Below, one piece after another: positions 29,694 to 41,011 of a stretch of DNA of 64,000 nucleotides. Every line of letters starts with the position of its first letter. The stretch's first letter is position 1. The stretch covers positions 124,001 to 188,000 of the forward strand of contig NZ_JMCB01000010.1 in the NCBI RefSeq assembly GCF_000737315.1, given 5' to 3'. This DNA is from Hyalangium minutum. Its GTDB lineage: Bacteria > Myxococcota > Myxococcia > Myxococcales > Myxococcaceae. A model generated the notes under the pieces. The model searched no databases, was not told the origin of the DNA, and saw only the letters and a program-made list of their open reading frames with translations. The position numbers and the translations under genes were made by a program.

Positions 29694-31009
29694 TCGGGAT
29701 TCTCCGGGTTGCGGCAGCCCATGTAGTAAAGCCCACGGGCGTTGGCCATGCTCTGGTAGGTGTTGTTGGCGCCCGAGTACGGCGTGGACTGGAACTTGTC
29801 GCTGCCGAAGAAGCCGGGCTTGGTCTGCGAACGCGAGTTGGCGCCGCTGCTGTTGGGATCGTAGCGCGCCGTCACGTGCACGCCCATGATGTTGGGCAGC
29901 ATTCCGCCGCTCATCGTCCCCGCCGGCATGTTCTGCACCAGCATGATCTTGTTGCTGTTGGCGCGGGACATGAGGTTGCTGGCCGCGGCCGTCAGCTGGC
30001 CGTAGGTGGCCGCCGCCGTGCCATTCATCGTGTAGATGTACTGCACGCGGCGGAAGAACGGGTTGGCCTCGGGGCTGCCCCCGCTCACAGGCAGCGGGAT
30101 GCCCGCCGTCGGCGCGCGCAGATCCGCATTGCTCAGGTTGGCGCTGTCGTAGTTGCTCGGGGTGTAGTTGTCCGCGTTCTTGGCGCCGTTGCGCAGCGCC
30201 CAGGTGTTGAAGCTGATGCCCGCCGTCTCGTACGCGACAATGTTGTCCGTGGTGACGCTCGCGCCGTCGTCCTGCCACTCGTGCGCGCCCTTGCCGGTGT
30301 TGTTCTTGCGGTGCTTCAACTGCTTGTCCGCCATCTTCACCTTGGAGAACTCCTGCAGGAAGGTCTCCGGGATGATGTAGTTGTAGATGAAGCCGGTGGC
30401 CTCGCACTTCACCTCGGCGCCCGCGGTGTAGCCGGAGCTGCCAAAGCCCTGGAAGTTCGGATCCGGGTTCCAGCCCGTGTCACTGCTCAGCGCGCACTCG
30501 AACTGGGTGTCCGGGCCGTTCTCGAAGCGGAACGAGTAGTGAGCGCCGAAGCCCGTGTGGTGCTTCTGGTGGCCCTGGATCGACGGGGCCTGCGAGCCAT
30601 CACCGTTGCCCGTCAAGTACGACTGCTGCCCGTACTCGCTGCTCTGGTTGTTCTCCGCGCCGTCATCGAAGGCGGAGGTGTGGTCCGCATACGCCACGCG
30701 CACGGCCTTCGCGGAGGCCTGCACCTCGTTGTCATTGTTCTCTTGGTGGCTCTTGGGCGCGCCCGGGCCCATGCCGCCAAAGCCGGGGGGCTCGGAGTTG
30801 CGCTGCGAGAAGTCCCAGACCCCCGACACCACGGTCTCCTGCAGGTCCAGCTTCAGGTAGGCCGCGTCCATCAGGAAGATGGCGTACAGGAACAGGGGGA
30901 TGAGGACGATGTTGAGGAGGACGAACTCCACCATGGCGCCGCCGCGCGTGCGCCGGGCCGCCTTCCTACGGGCAACAATCGTGTGTGCGGTAAGCATGGA
31001 GATCCTCAC
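29684..31009 (-). CDS. TadE-like minor pilin, extended
   Basis: RTRG/GAMVEFVLLNIVLIPLFLY prepilin-like motif followed by a large exported domain. Confidence 0.8.
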   Translation of the reverse strand: MRISMLTAHTIVARRKAARRTRGGAMVEFVLLNIVLIPLFLYAIFLMDAAYLKLDLQETVVSGVWDFSQRNSEPPGFGGMGPGAPKSHQENNDNEVQASAKAVRVAYADHTSAFDDGAENNQSSEYGQQSYLTGNGDGSQAPSIQGHQKHHTGFGAHYSFRFENGPDTQFECALSSDTGWNPDPNFQGFGSSGYTAGAEVKCEATGFIYNYIIPETFLQEFSKVKMADKQLKHRKNNTGKGAHEWQDDGASVTTDNIVAYETAGISFNTWALRNGAKNADNYTPSNYDSANLSNADLRAPTAGIPLPVSGGSPEANPFFRRVQYIYTMNGTAAATYGQLTAAASNLMSRANSNKIMLVQNMPAGTMSGGMLPNIMGVHVTARYDPNSSGANSRSQTKPGFFGSDKFQSTPYSGANNTYQSMANARGLYYMGCRNPENPDCF

Positions 31010-32622
31010 TCGACGTTGACGGCGCTCTTGTTGACGCCCATGGCACCGCCGACCACCTGGCCCGCGTTGCTGTCCACCGCCATCACCATGCCAATCTCCT
31101 GGGTGGTGATGGGCTGGAGCTTGGCGCGCCAGAAGGGGTTGAACATGTTGGGGTAGTCCGACCAGTCACCGATGCGGTGGTAGTAGACCATGGCCTTGGA
31201 GAAGGCCTTCGAACGGTTGTTGTTGGACAGCGTCAGCTTGGCCTCCTGAGGACCCACGTTCGTCACCTTCACGGTGCCCGACTGATCCTTGGCCACCTCC
31301 CACGGGCCGCGCTGGCCATACTCGTTGACGCGCGCGTCCGTGCTGGCCCCCGCGTACACGGCCGGCTGGTTGAAGGGGAACGAGCCGCTCGGGGCGAACT
31401 CCTGGAAGCGAGAGAAGTCCAGGTTCTGCCCGTGGTTGGAGCCGCTGTGCGGGTTGTTGAAGATGTCACCCAGGAAGCCGCCGGAGTGCGTGTTGCCCGA
31501 CTGCCCCGAGGAGAGGTTGCCCGGGGAGATGGGGCCCAGCATGGGCAGCGTCGAGGTGCTGGCGCCGTGCTTCCACTGGCCGGCCAGGTTGCCCCAGTCG
31601 AACGAGGAGATCACCGCGCCCGCCTGGTTGGCTCCCACGTCTCCCGTGAAGGCCATGCCGAAGGCGCCGGCGGCGGCGCCCGTGCGGCCACCGGCCAGGA
31701 AGCTCACGTCCGGCGTCTGGGTGATGGTCCAGGTGCCCGTGGGCCCCATCCAGATGGTGGAGGACTTCACGCGCTGGCTCAGCTGCGGGAAGAGCATGGG
31801 GGTGATGGGCGCGCCCATGGGTCCAGAGCGGTTCCACGCGAAGTCCTGACGGGAGGCGTTCACCACCTCCGTCATGATCTGCTTCTTCTGGTTCGTGTTG
31901 CTGTTGAAGGCCCGGTTCCACTGCTGGAGGTTGGCGGCGCTGAGCATCGTGTCGTCCTGCGTCACGGTGTCCGCCTTCTGCATGTTGCTCTTCTTCAGGT
32001 CGCCGAAGGTGCCCGAGGTCAGCAGGGCCACCACCGCCGTGCGAGCCGCCGTCTGCGAGATCCGCATCTGGTTGATGTGGTTGTTCAGCGCGTTGGTGGC
32101 GTTGGAGGCCGGGCCGTCCAGCTGGGACAGCTTCCCGGCCATGTCACCGGAGATCCAGTCGATGGTGAGGCCCAGCGCGTTCATCTCCGCCTCGAACGCG
32201 TCGATGCAGTGGTTGAAGCAGCAGGGCGCGCACCCGAACGGCGTGCAGCAGCACATGCACAGGTTGTACTCCTGCCCGGCGATGGCGCTCATGATGGTGG
32301 CGCCGCCCAGCTTCAGGTCCGCCAGCATGGCGGCCTCGGACATGTACGCGTGCACGTTGGCCATGCCCACGTAGGCCGAGGCGATGGCGCGGTTGGTGTA
32401 CGCCAGGTAGTTGAGCGTGCGGGCCTCCGCCACGGCCATGGAGAAGGCCTTCGAGTCCGCGTAGTTCTGCAGCTTGATGCGCTGCTGAACCGCGATCGTC
32501 ACGTTGAAGGTGATGAAGACGATGAGCGCCAGCACCAGCAGCGACACGGCGCCCAGGATGATCATCTGCCCGCGGGACTGTCCGCGGCGGGCAGCTCGTC
32601 GGTAGAGGGTGTTGAGTGTCAT
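31006..32622 (-). CDS. TadG-like (Tad domain) pilus tip protein
   Basis: QSRG/QMIILGAVSLLVLAL, RIKLQNYADSKAFSMA, LNYLAYTNRA. ATG 32622. Confidence 0.82.
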   Translation of the reverse strand: MTLNTLYRRAARRGQSRGQMIILGAVSLLVLALIVFITFNVTIAVQQRIKLQNYADSKAFSMAVAEARTLNYLAYTNRAIASAYVGMANVHAYMSEAAMLADLKLGGATIMSAIAGQEYNLCMCCCTPFGCAPCCFNHCIDAFEAEMNALGLTIDWISGDMAGKLSQLDGPASNATNALNNHINQMRISQTAARTAVVALLTSGTFGDLKKSNMQKADTVTQDDTMLSAANLQQWNRAFNSNTNQKKQIMTEVVNASRQDFAWNRSGPMGAPITPMLFPQLSQRVKSSTIWMGPTGTWTITQTPDVSFLAGGRTGAAAGAFGMAFTGDVGANQAGAVISSFDWGNLAGQWKHGASTSTLPMLGPISPGNLSSGQSGNTHSGGFLGDIFNNPHSGSNHGQNLDFSRFQEFAPSGSFPFNQPAVYAGASTDARVNEYGQRGPWEVAKDQSGTVKVTNVGPQEAKLTLSNNNRSKAFSKAMVYYHRIGDWSDYPNMFNPFWRAKLQPITTQEIGMVMAVDSNAGQVVGGAMGVNKSAVNVE

Positions 32623-32662
32623 AAGTCGGAACCTCGAAGGAATTCGTCGGGGAGCGGCAGGG

Positions 32663-33517
32663 CTAGCCGTTCCGGTTGCCGTAGCTGACGCAGCGGTTCT
32701 GGGCGGGAAGGGCGAACCTGCGCTTGAAGAAGTTGCTCTGCATGCGCATGGCGTAGCTGACGTTGATCGGCAGCACGTACGCGCCCGCGGCCTCCGCCGC
32801 ATAAACCTGGCCCACCTGGCCCGCACCGGACCTCGGCGTGCCGTTCTTGTTGGGCATCATCAGCACCGAAGGCACGTTGGTGCCCAGGTACGACTTCACG
32901 ATCACCCAGTTCGCGAAGGGAATGGGCATCCGGTACATCAGCTGCACCTGCACCACCAGGCGCGTGCGCTTGAAGCGCCGCAAGCTGTCGCCGCCCGAGG
33001 TGAAGTCTTCGGGCGAGGCCTGGTTGCGCGGATCGTCGAAGTCCACCTCGTTGTCGTTGCCCCTGCCGCCGCGCGACGTGATGCCCGCGTTGCCAATGGA
33101 GTGCGAGCCACCGCCGGCCAGGTCATCCCTCAGCGGCGAGCAGATCACCGCCTTCACCAGCTTGCCACCGCCCGGAATGATGTTGGCGATCGTGTTGTGC
33201 TGCATGAACTTGGAGACCACCTCCGTCGCGGAGCTGGTCGGCATGATGACTTCCTGGCTGTTCACCAGCACCGGCAGCAAGTGGAGGATGGCCGCCGCCT
33301 CGATGGCATCCGGGTCCGCGTTGTTCATCGCGCCCACGCGCGCGGCGCGGTACGCTGCGTACTTGGCCATCACCCGCGCCTGAGAGATGAGCCCCAGCTG
33401 CAAGATGCCCAGGATGAAGAAGACGAACAGCGGCATCACCAGCGCCGCTTCGACGGCGACCTGACCGGACTCTCGGGAGGTAGAGCGCATAAGTCTGCGA
33501 AGGGAGAAAGCCACCAT
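32663..33517 (-). CDS. TadE/TadG family minor pilin
   Basis: RESG/QVAVEAALVMPLFVFFILGILQLG, YAAYRAARVG. Confidence 0.9.
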   Translation of the reverse strand: MVAFSLRRLMRSTSRESGQVAVEAALVMPLFVFFILGILQLGLISQARVMAKYAAYRAARVGAMNNADPDAIEAAAILHLLPVLVNSQEVIMPTSSATEVVSKFMQHNTIANIIPGGGKLVKAVICSPLRDDLAGGGSHSIGNAGITSRGGRGNDNEVDFDDPRNQASPEDFTSGGDSLRRFKRTRLVVQVQLMYRMPIPFANWVIVKSYLGTNVPSVLMMPNKNGTPRSGAGQVGQVYAAEAAGAYVLPINVSYAMRMQSNFFKRRFALPAQNRCVSYGNRNG

Positions 33518-33680
33518 GTTGGAAGACTGACGGTTGCAGGCCCCTCGAACTATCGGTCAACTTGCCGCTTTCTAGAGGACACTTTCTCTCTCGGAAAACG
33601 AGAGTCTACCGGGGCTTGGGAAAACCCCTAAAGGGGGGTGTGATCAAGCCGCACGCCCAGGGGGCAGGCTCCCAGGTAGG

Positions 33681-34565
33681 ATGCAGGAGGAGACCCAAGA
33701 CGTGCCCATGCAACAGAACCGATGGAGCCTGTGGCGGAGGAGCTGCCTGCTACTGGCGCTGATGCCCACCCTGGCCTGGAGCCAGGGAGCCCCTCCCCCC
33801 GAAGCCGCCCCCGCCCAGGACAAGAAGCCGGAGCTGCCGGCCCGCGTGGCCTACTTGCAGGGTCTGCAGAAGCTCGTGAACGGACAGGGCGGGTCCGTCC
33901 AGGGCGTCTACACCCTGGCCATGGCCGCCGCGAAGGAGCAGCTCGAGGCCGTCATCGCCTGGGACGAGGCGCTGGCGAACGGAAAGATTCCGAAGAAAAG
34001 GTTCGAGCGGCAGCTGCTGGGCTTCCATGTGGGCACGCAGGACGCGCTCATGGTCATCCCGGACTCGCGCTTCTTCGTGGAGCTGGCCAAGCAGCGCGGC
34101 AACGAGGTGGATCGCCGCTTCTTCGCGCTGCTCGACGAGACGTTCCGGGGTGGGATGGCGCGCACCTACGTGGATCCCATCACGGATGCGCACGCGTGCT
34201 ACCACCTGGGCAGCCGGGAGTTCATCTCGCTGTACCGGGGCTGGACGCAGTTCAAGCCGAGCGCCCCCGCCGCATATAAGGAGACGGTGAACGAGGAACT
34301 CCAGGGGCTGGAGCAGGCCATGCTGGCGGCCACCTGCGTCTGCGGGACGCCAGAGGTCGTGGATGCAGGCTTCGAGGCCTTCCTGAAGGCGTTCCCCAAG
34401 TCCCCCATCGCCCCCCAGGTGCGCGAACGCCTCCAGAAGCTCCACACGAAGAGCAGCGACATGCTCTTCCGGTGTGGGAAGGAGATGGATGTGGGACAGC
34501 CCCTGCCCTACGGCGTGCCAACGCCTCCCCCCTTCCCCACGGAGCCGGACGCGCCCAAGAAGTAG
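33681..34565 (+). CDS. Secreted hypothetical protein
   Basis: Signal-peptide-like N-terminus; ATCVCG and FLKAFPKSPIA motifs. Start may be 33702 or 33708. Confidence 0.75.
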   Translation: MQEETQDVPMQQNRWSLWRRSCLLLALMPTLAWSQGAPPPEAAPAQDKKPELPARVAYLQGLQKLVNGQGGSVQGVYTLAMAAAKEQLEAVIAWDEALANGKIPKKRFERQLLGFHVGTQDALMVIPDSRFFVELAKQRGNEVDRRFFALLDETFRGGMARTYVDPITDAHACYHLGSREFISLYRGWTQFKPSAPAAYKETVNEELQGLEQAMLAATCVCGTPEVVDAGFEAFLKAFPKSPIAPQVRERLQKLHTKSSDMLFRCGKEMDVGQPLPYGVPTPPPFPTEPDAPKK

Positions 34566-34581
34566 GCCCGCGAGGCGCGGC

Positions 34582-35469
34582 TCAGATGCGCAGCTCGCCC
34601 TCGATGACGGTGACGGCGGCGCCGCCGATGCGCACCCGCTCCAGCGCCCCCGAGCGCCCCTTCACCTCGAGCTCCACGCGGCCCGGCTTGCCGATGGCGT
34701 CCCCTTGCTCGGCACGCACGTGCGACGTGCCGCCCGCTTCTGGCAGCTTGAGCACCCCGTGGTTCACCAGGTAGGCGGCCAGCGGCCCGTGGGCCGAGCC
34801 CGTCACCGGATCCTCGATGATGCCGAACCCCGGCACGAAGTAGCGCGCGTGCGTCACGCTGCTGGCGTCCTTCGTCTCGCGGGTGAAGGCGAACACGCCG
34901 CGGATGCCGTGCGGCTCCATCGCCGCCACCAGCGCATCGATCTTCGGCGCCAGCGCCCACACGTCCGAGCGCCGCTGCAGCGGCACGAAGAGCTTGTGGC
35001 CATTGGCCAGCACCGGCAGCGAGCGGTCCACCATCTCCGCCGTCCCGCCCAGCAGCGGCATGACGGCCTCCACGGCCAGCGGGCTCTCGCGCCAGGGGTA
35101 CTGCGGGGTGACCACCCACACGCGGCTGTGGCGCGCGTCCATGGGCTCGAGCTCCACCTCATATGTCCCCGCGGCGCACTCCAGCCGGAAGTTCCCCACG
35201 CGCGGAAGCACGCCCCGCTCGCTCAGCAGGTGGAACGAGGCCACGGTGGCGTGGCCGCAGAAGTCGATCTCGGAGGTGGGGGTGAAGTAGCGCAGGCTCA
35301 CCACGGTGTCCCCCTTGCGCGAGAGGACGAACGCCGTCTCCGAGGCCGCCACCGCCGCGGCGATCCGCTGCATGACCCCCGTGTCCAGGCCCGACCCGTC
35401 CAGCACCACGCCCGCACGGTTGCCGGCTCCAGGGATCCGAGTGAAGGCGTCGACGATCGAGACCTGCAT
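34582..35469 (-). CDS. PhzF family isomerase/epimerase
   Basis: VDAFT..PGAGNRAGV, SETAF, RYFTPTSEIDFCGHAT, EDPVTGSA, EQG. Confidence 0.95.
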   Translation of the reverse strand: MQVSIVDAFTRIPGAGNRAGVVLDGSGLDTGVMQRIAAAVAASETAFVLSRKGDTVVSLRYFTPTSEIDFCGHATVASFHLLSERGVLPRVGNFRLECAAGTYEVELEPMDARHSRVWVVTPQYPWRESPLAVEAVMPLLGGTAEMVDRSLPVLANGHKLFVPLQRRSDVWALAPKIDALVAAMEPHGIRGVFAFTRETKDASSVTHARYFVPGFGIIEDPVTGSAHGPLAAYLVNHGVLKLPEAGGTSHVRAEQGDAIGKPGRVELEVKGRSGALERVRIGGAAVTVIEGELRI

Positions 35470-35507
35470 GACGTGCTCCTTGCCTGGGTGGGCCTTGGGC
35501 CACCCGA

Positions 35508-35586
35508 ATTGTCTCCACACAATCAGGAGATTGAATTGAGACAATAAATGCATTGCGCGCAATCCTGCGTCAATTGTATTCATTGT
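35508..35586. promoter_or_regulatory. Probable MocR-type operator repeats in the divergent intergenic region
   Basis: ATTGT-CTCCAC-ACAAT (35508-35523), ATTGAGACAAT (35535-35545), ATTGT at 35573 and 35582. Confidence 0.5.
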
Positions 35587-35590
35587 CACC

Positions 35591-37000
35591 ATGACAAGTT
35601 GGGTGCCGGAACTTCAGGGACGCGAGGGGCCGCTGTACCGGGCCATCGCGGATGCGCTGGCGGCGGACATCGAGGCGGGGCGGCTGACCCCGGGTGCCCG
35701 GCTGCCCACGCACCGAGAGCTGGCCGAGACGGTGGGCGTGACGGTGGGCACGGTCACGCGCGCCTACGCCGAGGCCGAGCGACGAGGGCTCATCGGTGGC
35801 GAGGTGGGCCGAGGCACCTACGTGCGGCACCTGGCGACGCCTCGTCCCCTGCCCTCTTCGGCGGCTCCGGAGCCCGTGGTCGGCGAGGACACGCAGATCG
35901 AGCTGGGGCTCAACTGGCCTGCGACACCGGAGGGAGATCCCGCGACCGAGGCTCTGCGCCGGACGTTGGAGGCGCTCCAGCGGTCACCGGAGCTGTCGGA
36001 GCTGCTGGCGTACCAGCCGCACGCGGGGCTGCACTTCCACCGGGAGGCAGGCGCGGAGTGGATCTCTCGCTTTGGGCTCTCGGTGCCGGCGGATCAGGTG
36101 GTGGTGTGCTCGGGCGGGCAGCACGCGATGGAGGTGGTGCTCAAGGCGCACACGCGGCCGGGCGACACGGTGCTGACCGAGGCCCTCACCTACCCGGGCC
36201 TCAAGACCCTGGCGAGCCAGCATCACCTGCGGCTGCAGGGCGTCACGATGGATGCACAAGGGCTCGTGCCCGAGGCGCTCGAGGCAGCCTGCCGGGGCGG
36301 TGCGAAGCTCCTCTATTGCGTGCCGAACCTGCAGAACCCCACGGGCGCGGTCATGTCCCCCGAGCGGCGCGAGCGCATCGCAGCCATCATCCGAGCGCAG
36401 GGGCTCACGCTGCTGGAGGACGATGTCCACGGGCTGCTGCTGGAGGATCGCCCCCCACCGCTGAGCGCGCTCGTGCCGGAGTCGAGCTACTTCATCGCGG
36501 GCATCTCCAAGCTGCTGGCCCCGGGGCTGCGGCTGGGCTACCTCGCGGCGCCGCGCCGGGGCATGGAGCGCCTGGCCGAGAGCGCGGCGCTGGCCGCTCG
36601 GATGACGCCACCGCTTACAGCGGAGATCTGCGCGCGGTGGATCCGGGAAGGCACGGCGGATGAAATCGTGAAGCGCCGCCGCCAGGAGGCCCAGGCACGG
36701 CTGGCGCTGACGCGCGAGGTGCTCGGCGAGGCTGCTGTACGGAGCGCGCAAGGCCCCACCTATCACCTGTGGATGGAGCTGCCGGCCCACTGGAGGAGCG
36801 AGGCCTTCAGCGCCCAGGCCCGGCGGAACGGCGTGTCCGTCACCGCGTCCGAGGTGTTCGCGGTGAGCCCCGCTGTGGCCCCCGGGGCGGTGCGCGTTTG
36901 CCTCGGAGCGCCTCGCACCCAGGCCCTGCTGCGCAAGGGGCTCCAGCGTCTGCGAGACACCCTCACCCGCGGACCCGCCCCGCTCGCCACCATCGTGTGA
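35591..37000 (+). CDS. GntR/MocR family PLP-dependent transcriptional regulator
   Basis: wHTH (LTPGARLPTHRELA, VTRAYAEAERRGLI) plus class I aminotransferase domain (PNLQNPTG, EDDVH, SKLLAPGLRLG). Confidence 0.96.
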   Translation: MTSWVPELQGREGPLYRAIADALAADIEAGRLTPGARLPTHRELAETVGVTVGTVTRAYAEAERRGLIGGEVGRGTYVRHLATPRPLPSSAAPEPVVGEDTQIELGLNWPATPEGDPATEALRRTLEALQRSPELSELLAYQPHAGLHFHREAGAEWISRFGLSVPADQVVVCSGGQHAMEVVLKAHTRPGDTVLTEALTYPGLKTLASQHHLRLQGVTMDAQGLVPEALEAACRGGAKLLYCVPNLQNPTGAVMSPERRERIAAIIRAQGLTLLEDDVHGLLLEDRPPPLSALVPESSYFIAGISKLLAPGLRLGYLAAPRRGMERLAESAALAARMTPPLTAEICARWIREGTADEIVKRRRQEAQARLALTREVLGEAAVRSAQGPTYHLWMELPAHWRSEAFSAQARRNGVSVTASEVFAVSPAVAPGAVRVCLGAPRTQALLRKGLQRLRDTLTRGPAPLATIV

Positions 37001-37034
37001 CCGGCGTGCCGGCGGCCCTGAAGAGGACTCAGGA

Positions 37035-37097
37035 GCACCTGTTCGGAAATGTCGGGGGTTTTGAGCGCTAAAAGTCCCGACATTTCCGAACAGGTGC
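37035..37097. repeat. REP-like long palindrome between convergent genes
   Basis: Perfect 22-bp arms GCACCTGTTCGGAAATGTCGGG / CCCGACATTTCCGAACAGGTGC around an inner TTTT-G-AGCGCT-AAAA core. Confidence 0.9.
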
Positions 37098-37124
37098 CCG
37101 CCTCAGCACCTACGGCCCGAGCGG

Positions 37125-37904
37125 CTAGGCCGGGCTGTCGCCCACGCGGCGCAGGCCCTCGGCGAAGCGCTGCACCAGCGACGTGTACTGCATCACGATC
37201 TCGTCGAAGCGGGCGCGGCGTTCGCCCAGATCCGGAACGTGCTTGCCCTCGATCCCTTGGAGGCTCATGTGCAGTGAGTGGCGGAGCTTCATGAACACGT
37301 CCGCCACGTTGGCGTCGGTGACGACCTCTTTGTGCGTCACCTCGCGCGAGGAGACGATCGTGCGCCGCACGTCGCGCAGCTCCGTGCCCACGACGGCCCA
37401 CGAGCCCACGCCATGCACCTCGACGAGGCGCCCATCCACGAGCAGGTAATAGGCCTTGCTCATGTGGATGCCAGTGTCGCCGTCCTGGGCATCGGTGAAG
37501 GCACCCAGGAAGTTGGTGGCGCCGTCCAGGTGGAAGGCGGGGACGTCGAGCCAATCGGCCTGGCGGTGGCGCGCGGGCAGCGTGCCGCACAGCTTCTCGA
37601 GCTCCTCCAGGTTCTCACTGGGCTCGGAGAAGGCAGCACGAATCGGCTTCGCCACGAGCTTGACCTCGGGGAGCACGATGTCGCAGGCCTCTTCCAGGAT
37701 GGCGGCCTCGGCCTGCAGCCGGCCCTCGAACTTGTCGAGCAGCACGCTGGTGGGGTCGAACGCCCCAGGGTCATAGCCCTCGCTGAGAACACCCGCCTCT
37801 TTCAGCAGGCTCTCGAGCGCGGTGGCGGTCTGCTCGGCGCGCTGCGCGAGGACGTCGCGCTCGGCTTCCAACTCCTCGGGAGTCTTCGGATTGTCGCTGG
37901 ACAC
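37125..37904 (-). CDS. Hypothetical protein
   Basis: GC3-biased ORF; acidic coiled-coil N-terminus. GTG 37904 preferred. Confidence 0.75.
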   Translation of the reverse strand: MSSDNPKTPEELEAERDVLAQRAEQTATALESLLKEAGVLSEGYDPGAFDPTSVLLDKFEGRLQAEAAILEEACDIVLPEVKLVAKPIRAAFSEPSENLEELEKLCGTLPARHRQADWLDVPAFHLDGATNFLGAFTDAQDGDTGIHMSKAYYLLVDGRLVEVHGVGSWAVVGTELRDVRRTIVSSREVTHKEVVTDANVADVFMKLRHSLHMSLQGIEGKHVPDLGERRARFDEIVMQYTSLVQRFAEGLRRVGDSPA

Positions 37905-38012
37905 GGGCGCGCAGCCTAGCCCGAGCACCGCGCCCGATGCGACACCCTCGCTCACGCCGGGCTGTTTCCTGCCCGGCGCAAACCCTCGGTGCGGGCCGTC
38001 ACCCGCCCTGGG

Positions 38013-39839
<1,827 letters not shown>

Positions 39840-39903
39840 GACACCGCCTGCGCTGTGGAGTGTTTCAGAGAGAAGGGGCGGCACCATATGGAGCGCGGAA
39901 ACG

Positions 39904-40980
39904 ATGCGTCAAGGAATCCGGAAGGTGGGCCGTCGGCTCCTGACCGGCAGCGTCTGTCTCCTGCTGGCGTTGGCCGCCCGGCCCGCCCAGGCGCTCACCC
40001 TCAGCACCGAACTGGGCGCCAGCAAGGACTACCGGGCGCTGACGCTGCTGGGCGACGTGGAGCTGCGCGAGAACACGACGTTTCTCACCTTCGGCTACAG
40101 CGGCGTGCGCCCCGGGCCGGACACCGCCCTCACTCACCAGCTCTCCCTCGGCTTCGACCACGCCCTCTCCGACCACTGGATGCTGTCCGGCTCCGTCGTC
40201 GCCGGGCTGCCCAAGAACACCTTCACCCCGCTGGCCCGGGAGTTTCCTCGGCTCGGGCTGCCATCGCTGGGCGCGCGGACGTCCTACAACAGCCAAGGGC
40301 TCGCCCTCTCGGTGGGTTATGACTCCGCGGGGCTCTCGGACGTGGAGTACGGGCTGGACGCGGGGCTGAACCTCACCCGCTATCCCCTGCGACGGGCGCT
40401 CATCACCAAGGAAACGGGCCAGGAGGCTCGAACCGTCTTCCACCAAGAGGAGAAGCTGGGCGTGTTCCGGCCCTCGCTGGGGGGGCGGCTGCTGCTGGGG
40501 AGCTGGGAGCTGGGCCTGCGCGGCGGCCTCTACCTTTATAGTGACGATCCCCTGAGCACCGGCCAGTTCTCCGAGGAGGAGCAGCAGGCGCTGGCCGCCC
40601 GCTATGCCCAGGTGGGCGAGGATCGCCAGCTCCAGCGCCTCTTCGCCGAGAAGCTCTACCGGGACATCGGCACGGCCGTGGCGGGCCGGCTGTCGGACGC
40701 GAACTTCTCGGCGGGCCTGCCCAGCGCCCCGGCGCGCTTCGACGTGAGGCCCTCGGTCACCTACCGCTTCAACGCCACCGTCCGGGGGCAGCTCTCCTAC
40801 GCCTTCACCCAGTACGTGCCGGGCCAGGGCATGAGCCACCTGCTGGCCACCCGGTGGACCGTCCGCCTGGGCGAGCCTGTCCGGCTGTGGGCCTCCGTCG
40901 CCCTGCAGGCAGACATGCCCGAGGAGGCAGGCACCGTCTCCACCGGGCTTGCCACTTTGGGCGCCGAGTACACCTTCTGA
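39904..40980 (+). CDS. Outer-membrane beta-barrel-like hypothetical protein
   Basis: Signal peptide, alternating amphipathic strands, C-terminal GAEYTF. Confidence 0.75.
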   Translation: MRQGIRKVGRRLLTGSVCLLLALAARPAQALTLSTELGASKDYRALTLLGDVELRENTTFLTFGYSGVRPGPDTALTHQLSLGFDHALSDHWMLSGSVVAGLPKNTFTPLAREFPRLGLPSLGARTSYNSQGLALSVGYDSAGLSDVEYGLDAGLNLTRYPLRRALITKETGQEARTVFHQEEKLGVFRPSLGGRLLLGSWELGLRGGLYLYSDDPLSTGQFSEEEQQALAARYAQVGEDRQLQRLFAEKLYRDIGTAVAGRLSDANFSAGLPSAPARFDVRPSVTYRFNATVRGQLSYAFTQYVPGQGMSHLLATRWTVRLGEPVRLWASVALQADMPEEAGTVSTGLATLGAEYTF

Positions 40981-41011
40981 ATGCCCGGGCGGCCGTAGTA
41001 AAACCCCGGCC

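Noticed and set aside
29694-30407. N-terminal extension of track ORF 28764..30407
   Set aside because: Overlaps the TadE-like gene in another frame; a signal peptide and ribosome-binding site point to TTG 29693.
33588-33638. Two GGAAAAC-containing short hairpins upstream of the Tad cluster as a possible c-di-GMP riboswitch
   Set aside because: Lacks the GEMM tetraloop-receptor and P1 consensus as far as I can see; an Rfam scan would settle it.
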